Positions 52,055 through 56,835 of a stretch of DNA of 56,835 bases are shown piece after piece. The notes under the pieces are model-generated. The model was not told the DNA's origin. It searched no databases and saw nothing but the letters and a program-made list of their open reading frames with translations. Within the stretch, counting starts at the first letter, position 1, and the number at the start of each line of letters is the position of its first letter. The translations under genes and the position numbers were made by a program. The stretch is from Patescibacteria group bacterium (GTDB taxonomy: Bacteria; Patescibacteriota; Microgenomatia; Woykebacterales; RBG-16-39-9b), in assembly GCA_025449635.1 (NCBI GenBank), contig JANWIZ010000016.1, forward strand, positions 1 to 56,835, in the 5' to 3' direction.

Positions 52055-52690
52055 ATGCTCGACCAGGCAGAAACCCACGAACACACAATTTCATATTCAT
52101 CTATAGTACAATTCATTGGTCTTCAGGTTTTAAAGTATCTTCGCTCCCTATTACTTATTCCAATAGTCGCATTTTCCTTTGCTATGGTATTGATGATAAT
52201 CTCCCCCATTTTATTCTCGGTACTATCCTTGTGGGTTAGTGATTTGACTTCTCTGACTAACTATAGTTTTAGTATAAGCCTCAATACTTCATCTAATAGT
52301 TTTTTCGAAGGTTGGACGAAGGTTGCTGAAGCTGGTTCTATAAAGGTATTTGGTGCTTTTTCTATACTCTTTTATTTTATTGTTTCCGTAGTATCTGAAT
52401 TTACTAAGAATAGATTTAAATTCACTTTTAAAGAAACCTTAATAATAATTGTAAAAATATTTACCCTTGGTTATTTCTTCTCTGCCTGTGTCAACTTCTT
52501 GTTAGCTATGATAATTGGTTTTATCCCTGGCGGTACTCCTTCTCCTCAGGACTCCATTTTTATATTCATTTTCTTATGGATTATATCAATTATGATGAGT
52601 AGTTTTTTTTACAGTCTTTACTATTTTGCGGGCTTAATAATAAACTTTTTGGGGTCTTGGAAGCCGTCACATAAATTAGAAAGTAGCTGA
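52055..52690 (+). CDS. Hypothetical polytopic membrane protein
   Basis: 211 aa with about 5 hydrophobic segments. No family was recognised and the start is uncertain. Confidence 0.5.
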   Translation: MLDQAETHEHTISYSSIVQFIGLQVLKYLRSLLLIPIVAFSFAMVLMIISPILFSVLSLWVSDLTSLTNYSFSISLNTSSNSFFEGWTKVAEAGSIKVFGAFSILFYFIVSVVSEFTKNRFKFTFKETLIIIVKIFTLGYFFSACVNFLLAMIIGFIPGGTPSPQDSIFIFIFLWIISIMMSSFFYSLYYFAGLIINFLGSWKPSHKLESS

Positions 52691-52881
52691 CCTTTAGCCA
52701 TTTTTAAGTCTAATAAACCTAGGTAGTTACTTCCAAACTTACCGTTAGCCCAAGCTTCCTCACCTATACTCAAGCTTTTCTATTCCTTCAGAACCTAACT
52801 AAAGTATCTATTTGCAAAGTGGTTAGGGTCTAAATCTTTCTGATATAATCCAGGTTAAAAGAAAGAGGGAGGAATTAGCCA

Positions 52882-53046
52882 TTGGGAAAAGCATTTCTCG
52901 CTGCTCTAATACTTGGGTTGATAACTCAGTCTTGGGCAATTGCCTTTGTTGTTTTTTTCATCGTGCTACTTTTGTTTGATGACAATGATAGTGGTGACGA
53001 AGCTAAACGACAATTGTTTAGACTCAGATACCGAAGAAGGAGGTAG
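52882..53046 (+). CDS. Candidate 54-aa membrane micro-protein with an Arg-rich tail
   Basis: GAGGGAGG (52865-52872) lies 9 nt before TTG 52882. The product is (M)GKAFLAALILGLITQSWAIAFVVFFIVLLLFDDNDSGDEAKRQLFRLRYRRRR*. Its last codons contain the SD (GAAGGAGG) of the downstream purC-like gene. Confidence 0.4.
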   Translation: MGKAFLAALILGLITQSWAIAFVVFFIVLLLFDDNDSGDEAKRQLFRLRYRRRR

Positions 53047-53051
53047 GAAAG

Positions 53052-53891
53052 TTGAGTGAGAAACGCTTGAAGAAATTGGGTGAAGGTAAGACCAAGGTTA
53101 TTTGGGATATTGGTGAAGATAAAGTCCATATCGAAAGTAAGGATGATATCACTGCTGGAGATGGTGCGAAGAGAGATTTACTCGAAGGGAAAGCAGTTTA
53201 CTCAACTGAAACCACCAGCAATTGTTTTAAGTTGCTTCATGGTCAAGGAATAGGGACGCACTTTCTTGGGAGAGTTGACGACCGAACTTTTCGGGCACGG
53301 CAGTTGCAGATGATTCCGATTGAGTTGGTAGCCAGACGGATCGCGACCGGATCTTATCTCAAAAGGCGTCCGGATGTGATCGAAGGTGCAATCTTTCCTG
53401 ACATCATCGTTGAGTTCTTTGAGAAGGATGACGCAAATCATGACCCCCTGATAATAATTGATCTTGCGAGCGAGCGTATTCTTCGTTTTGCTGCTAGCAA
53501 ACCTTTGTCAGAAGGGTTTATGAGCGAGCAACCTTTAGGTGAAACATCGGTAGCTGGTATATCTGGTTCACGGATGCTTGAGCTAGTTACGATCACAAGA
53601 ATTGTGTTTCTAGTACTTGAGAAAGCTTGGGCGAAGCAAAACGTTGCTTTAGTTGACCTAAAGATAGAATGTGGGCTAGATTTTGGGAGATTGTTGGTTG
53701 GTGATGTTATTGACAATGATTCTTGGCGTATCTGGCCAGCAAGAGACAAGAATCAAATGAGGGATAAGCAGGTTTATCGGGATCTACAAGGAGTTGAAGA
53801 CCCTGCTGCCAAAGCTAAGGAGTTGGGAAGAATAAAGCAGAATTATGAATGGGTTGCGGGTGCAACTAGAGAATTTCTAACTGCAAACTAA
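53052..53891 (+). CDS. purC: Phosphoribosylaminoimidazole-succinocarboxamide (SAICAR) synthase family protein
   Basis: 279 aa with a TTG start. GKTKVIW, KDDITAGDGAKRD, MIPIELVARRIATGS, FFEKDDANHDP, LVDLKIECG and RIWP are colinear with PurC. GC is elevated: 32 G+C in 53281-53340 against 15 in 52381-52440. Confidence 0.8.
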   Translation: MSEKRLKKLGEGKTKVIWDIGEDKVHIESKDDITAGDGAKRDLLEGKAVYSTETTSNCFKLLHGQGIGTHFLGRVDDRTFRARQLQMIPIELVARRIATGSYLKRRPDVIEGAIFPDIIVEFFEKDDANHDPLIIIDLASERILRFAASKPLSEGFMSEQPLGETSVAGISGSRMLELVTITRIVFLVLEKAWAKQNVALVDLKIECGLDFGRLLVGDVIDNDSWRIWPARDKNQMRDKQVYRDLQGVEDPAAKAKELGRIKQNYEWVAGATREFLTAN

Positions 53892-53985
53892 CAGTATTAA
53901 CGATCTTGAAATATTAGGTCGTTTTTCTTTTCTCAGCTGCTTTTAACATTGAAAAAAACCTAATTTTTCATTACACTATTATTTA

Positions 53986-54678
53986 GTGCCAGAGACAAAA
54001 GAAACAATTCTCCAATTAACCAAAGTATCAAAGATTTATAAAAGCGGTAGCGAAGACACGGCTGCTATCAAGGATATTGATCTCATTATTCACAAGGGTG
54101 AGAGTATTGCCATTGTTGGAAAATCTGGAAGTGGTAAATCTACTTTGATGCATGTTTTGGCGACTTTGGATCGTCCGAGTAACGGAGATTTGATTATTGG
54201 TGACAAAACTACAACAGAGCTGAAAAACTCAGAGCTCGATAAGTTTCGTAATAAGAAGTTTGGGTTCGTCTTCCAACAGTTTTTTGTAAACCCACGCAAT
54301 AGTTGTCTTGATAATGTTGTTTTACCTTTGGTAATTCAAGGAGTATCTCCAAAAGAAAGAAAAAAACGAGGAGAAGCAATACTTGAAGCGGTTGGACTGC
54401 TCGACAAAGCTAAAAGTAAGGCAAACGACCTCTCCGGTGGTCAAAAACAACGACTGTGTATTGCTCGGGCTTTAATTACCAATCCCGAAGTAGTTTTTGC
54501 TGATGAACCAACTGGTAATTTGGATAGTGAAACTGGAAAAATTGTGATTGACCTGTTGTTTGAATTACAAAGGAAAAATGGAATTACTTTGGTAATTGTG
54601 ACTCACGATCAAGATTTGGCTGAACTTTGCGATCGACAAATTACATTAAAAGACGGAAAAATTATTCAAAAATCATAA
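53986..54678 (+). CDS. ABC transporter ATP-binding protein (MacB/LolD/FtsE-like)
   Basis: 230 aa with a GTG start. It has GKSGSGKST, LSGGQKQR, VFADEPT and VTHD. Confidence 0.88.
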   Translation: MPETKETILQLTKVSKIYKSGSEDTAAIKDIDLIIHKGESIAIVGKSGSGKSTLMHVLATLDRPSNGDLIIGDKTTTELKNSELDKFRNKKFGFVFQQFFVNPRNSCLDNVVLPLVIQGVSPKERKKRGEAILEAVGLLDKAKSKANDLSGGQKQRLCIARALITNPEVVFADEPTGNLDSETGKIVIDLLFELQRKNGITLVIVTHDQDLAELCDRQITLKDGKIIQKS

Positions 54679-55946
54679 TGAGAATTTTCGATATTATTAG
54701 GATCGCACAAGGTAATTTGTTAAGGTCTAAACTAAGGACTTTCTTGACTATTGTCGCTGTTTTTATTGGGACCTTAACCCTTTCACTTACAAATGGGGTC
54801 GGTAACGGGGTAAAAGTTTACGTTAATAAGCAACTTGGGAATTTGGGAGCAGAAGATACTCTAGTCGTTCAAGCTAAACAAACTAATCAAAATCCAGTTT
54901 CAACTGACGTTGTCAAATACAACCCTGATCGTCAGGCTGGAACCTTTAATATCGTTCTCCTTTTAGAAAAAGATATCCAAAAAGTTAAAGCAGTCAAAGG
55001 GATAGAGGAAGTAACACCGGTATACATGGTTCAACTCGAATACATTTCAGCTGGAGAAGATAAATATACTGTTACTACGAACCAGTATATCGATGGGTTA
55101 AATATTGATATGGCCTCTGGTCGAACAGTAAAGTTAAATAGCGCTAGCGAGATAACTATTCCAGCTCGTTATGTAAAGCCATTAGGTTTTGAATCAGAAC
55201 AAGACGCTCTAAACAAAACAGTAACCCTGGCTTTCAAAGATTCGAAAGGTGAATTAGTTGAGAAACAAATAAGAATTGTTGGGGTTCAACAAAACTCACT
55301 ATTAGGTAATCTCGATACTTCCATCGGCGTCCCCTTGGCAAAAGAAATCCTTGATCAACAAACACTAGGTATCCCTCAGTTGGAAGGTCGCTATCAAGCT
55401 TTGTTAGTGAAATATGATTCAAGTTTTGGAGTAGAGAAGCTTGAAGAATTGAAAAAAACTTTAGATAAAAAAGGCTATTTTGCTCAAACTATTGAGGAAC
55501 AAGTGGGAATAGTAAGCACTGTCATAGATGGGATATTAATGGGGCTAAATATTTTAGGTGCCATAGCTTTGTTGGCAGCTAGTTTTGGTATTGTTAATAC
55601 ACTGCTTATGGCGGTGAAAGAGAGAACTAGAGAGATTGGTTTGATGAAAGCACTAGGGGCTCACGGGCGTCATATATTTGCTATTTTTGCTTTTGAAGCG
55701 ATCAGCATCGGTTTTTGGGGAGGTTTATTTGGTATTTTGGTTAGTATCTTAATTGGTTCTGTGGTTAACAATGTTGCTTCTCAAACGTTTCTCAAAGATT
55801 TTGTTGGATTTGATCTTCTGAGATTCCCGCTTATACCCTCGATAACAATTTTGTTAGGTATAATGATACTTTCTTTTTTGGCGGGGGCGCTCCCATCTAT
55901 AAAAGCCAGTCGTCTTAACCCCATCGAAGCACTTCGTTACGAGTAA
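54678..55946 (+). CDS. ABC transporter permease, FtsX/MacB type
   Basis: ATG 54678 overlaps the ATPase stop (TAATG). It has TM1, a large extracytoplasmic domain, and 3 C-terminal TMs with EIGLMKALGA. Confidence 0.85.
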   Translation: MRIFDIIRIAQGNLLRSKLRTFLTIVAVFIGTLTLSLTNGVGNGVKVYVNKQLGNLGAEDTLVVQAKQTNQNPVSTDVVKYNPDRQAGTFNIVLLLEKDIQKVKAVKGIEEVTPVYMVQLEYISAGEDKYTVTTNQYIDGLNIDMASGRTVKLNSASEITIPARYVKPLGFESEQDALNKTVTLAFKDSKGELVEKQIRIVGVQQNSLLGNLDTSIGVPLAKEILDQQTLGIPQLEGRYQALLVKYDSSFGVEKLEELKKTLDKKGYFAQTIEEQVGIVSTVIDGILMGLNILGAIALLAASFGIVNTLLMAVKERTREIGLMKALGAHGRHIFAIFAFEAISIGFWGGLFGILVSILIGSVVNNVASQTFLKDFVGFDLLRFPLIPSITILLGIMILSFLAGALPSIKASRLNPIEALRYE

Positions 55947-56063
55947 CACTCGTATTACATTTTTTTTGACCCCCTTTCTGAATCCAACTTTACCTAGTAG
56001 TATTAAAAAGAAAAATTTGACTTGAAATTTTGAAATATATTATTATTTAGATAAGGAGGTTTT

Positions 56064-56252
56064 ATGGATCCAATTAGAGATGCCCAGTATGACAGAGCAG
56101 AGGCTGAGAAGCTTCGTTGGGAAGAGCGTCACGAAAGCAACCCTGCTGCAAGACAGGATCTTGAGCGAGCCGCAGGTCGGTTTGATGAAGAAGCAACGGA
56201 AATAGAAAATGAAGTAGCCGCAGCTAACGAAACTGAACCTGAGGCTGAGTAA
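56064..56252 (+). CDS. Hypothetical small acidic protein (62 aa)
   Basis: A strong SD (AAGGAGG) lies 5 nt before the ATG. The sequence is E/A/R-rich and predicted helical. No family was recognised. Confidence 0.5.
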   Translation: MDPIRDAQYDRAEAEKLRWEERHESNPAARQDLERAAGRFDEEATEIENEVAAANETEPEAE

Positions 56253-56259
56253 AAACGTA

Positions 56260-56288
56260 TTGACACAAAAGTTTTTGTTTGGTAATAT
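56260..56288 (+). promoter_or_regulatory. Sigma70-type promoter TTGACA-17-TAATAT upstream of the greA leader
   Basis: The -35 is at 56260-56265 and the -10 at 56283-56288, with a 17-nt spacer. Confidence 0.6.
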
Positions 56289-56293
56289 CCTTT

Positions 56294-56392
56294 GTTACTA
56301 ATTGAATTCTTTTAGTAACCGCTCGGGTTTGAGAATACGCTCAATCACTCTTGGGCAATGAAGTCCCCGACAAGGGGATTTTGTGTTTTTTT
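56294..56392 (+). ncRNA. Structured greA leader ending in an intrinsic terminator (candidate leader-derived small RNA or attenuator)
   Basis: An 8-bp hairpin GTTACTAA (56294-56301) paired with TTAGTAAC (56312-56319) is present. It is followed by TCCCC-GACAA-GGGGA (56364-56378) plus TTTTGTGTTTTTTT, 20 nt before the greA ATG. Confidence 0.5.
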
Positions 56393-56412
56393 GAAAAAAA
56401 AGAATTAAATTT

Positions 56413-56835
56413 ATGTCAAAACAGCCCACAACTAAAAACATGGATAAAGAAGCAAGAGTCTTATTGACAGAAGAAGGCTTAAAAAAATTAAAAGCAGAGT
56501 ACGACGAACTTATCAACCACAAACGTCAGGAAGTGACTGAAAAGATTGCGCGGGCAAGAGAATTCGGCGATCTTTCTGAAAATTCCGAATATGATACAGC
56601 TCGAGAAGAGCAAAGTTTCACTGAGGGTCGAATCATGGAGTTGGAAGAAATTTTGACTCACGCAAAACTGATCGAAAAAACCAGTGAAAACAAAATCGGT
56701 ATCGGTTCCAAAGTAAAAGTTCAGAGTGGTAGTGATATCGATGAATACATCATTGTTTCCTCTGTCGAGGCCAATCCGATGGAAGGTAAGATCTCTATAG
56801 ATTCTCCAGTTGGTAAGGCTCTTTTAGGGTCAAAA
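56413..56835 (+). CDS. greA: Transcription elongation factor GreA (3' end beyond the window)
   Basis: The product starts MSKQPTTKNMDKEARVLLTEEGLKKLKAEYDEL and includes the GreA signature FGDLSENSEYDTAREEQ. The frame is open to the window edge, 141 codons. Confidence 0.9.
   Translation, partial: MSKQPTTKNMDKEARVLLTEEGLKKLKAEYDELINHKRQEVTEKIARAREFGDLSENSEYDTAREEQSFTEGRIMELEEILTHAKLIEKTSENKIGIGSKVKVQSGSDIDEYIIVSSVEANPMEGKISIDSPVGKALLGSK

Noticed and set aside
51919-52116. 65-aa minus-strand ORF
   Set aside because: It overlaps the tRNA-Glu gene on the opposite strand and is an artefact.
52926-53129. 67-aa minus-strand ORF between the membrane protein gene and purC
   Set aside because: It is antisense to both the SD-led 54-codon ORF and the purC start, and it has no ribosome-binding site.
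51908-56252. A classical tRNA-integrated genomic island downstream of tRNA-Glu
   Set aside because: By eye I found no integrase or recombinase gene and no direct repeat of the tRNA 3' end. Only the compositional oddity of purC remains, and that is reported separately.
56341-56400. 16-codon ORF (MKSPTRGFCVFLKKKN) inside the greA leader
   Set aside because: It has no SD, and it is encoded by the terminator stem and U-run themselves.
56298-56522. 74-aa minus-strand ORF across the greA leader and start
   Set aside because: It is antisense to greA and to the leader terminator, and it has no SD or motifs.
1-56835. Possibility of an alternative genetic code (UGA recoded, as in some CPR lineages)
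   Set aside because: Genes with well-known lengths, such as secD and the TfoX_N gene, terminate at TGA at the expected positions. No conserved gene is broken by in-frame TGA.

Overview
The window is 56.8 kb of densely packed, AT-rich bacterial chromosome. It has about 70 protein genes, many with overlapping stop/start codons, and one tRNA-Glu. There are no rRNA genes, CRISPR arrays, transposases or integrases, and the standard genetic code fits because TGA is used as a stop. The gene content suggests a reduced-genome organism of the CPR/Patescibacteria type, but this is inference only. The supporting features are a split transketolase, an AspRS without its insertion domain, a class II B12-dependent RNR, many membrane-anchored hypothetical proteins, and the families DUF5679, DUF3048, DUF2207, DUF3105 and DUF4342.

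Gene content from left to right:
- A comM remnant and dedA.
- secD and secF, interrupted by two extra genes.
- A high-GC MBL-hydrolase islet.
- An alkD-like/TfoX_N/ImmA-like overlapping triplet.
- msrB, an ABC exporter, MGMT, recJ, aspS and gltX.
- Three sensor kinases (one lacking the phospho-acceptor His) and a REC/zinc-ribbon regulator.
- A long glycolysis/pentose-phosphate block (gap, rpiB, rpe, tkt halves, fba, pfkB-type kinase, pgi/pmi) interleaved with redox genes.
- trxB, nrdR and nrdJ.
- A cobalamin riboswitch driving a DUF4430-DUF6580-DUF4342 operon.
- A phosphohexomutase and an IMPase.
- Two FtsX/MacB-type ABC systems, one with an ATPase fused to a YHS domain.
- A stand-alone Lon AAA+ module.
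- uppS, a Pro/Thr-rich tail-anchored protein, plsY and tRNA-Glu.
- A GC-rich orphan purC.
- A greA leader RNA and the 5' part of greA.

The most interesting candidate system is the riboswitch-gated putative B12 capture/uptake operon. It has no recognisable energiser and sits directly downstream of the B12-dependent RNR. All calls come from reading the sequence and translations by eye. No searches or folding programs were run.
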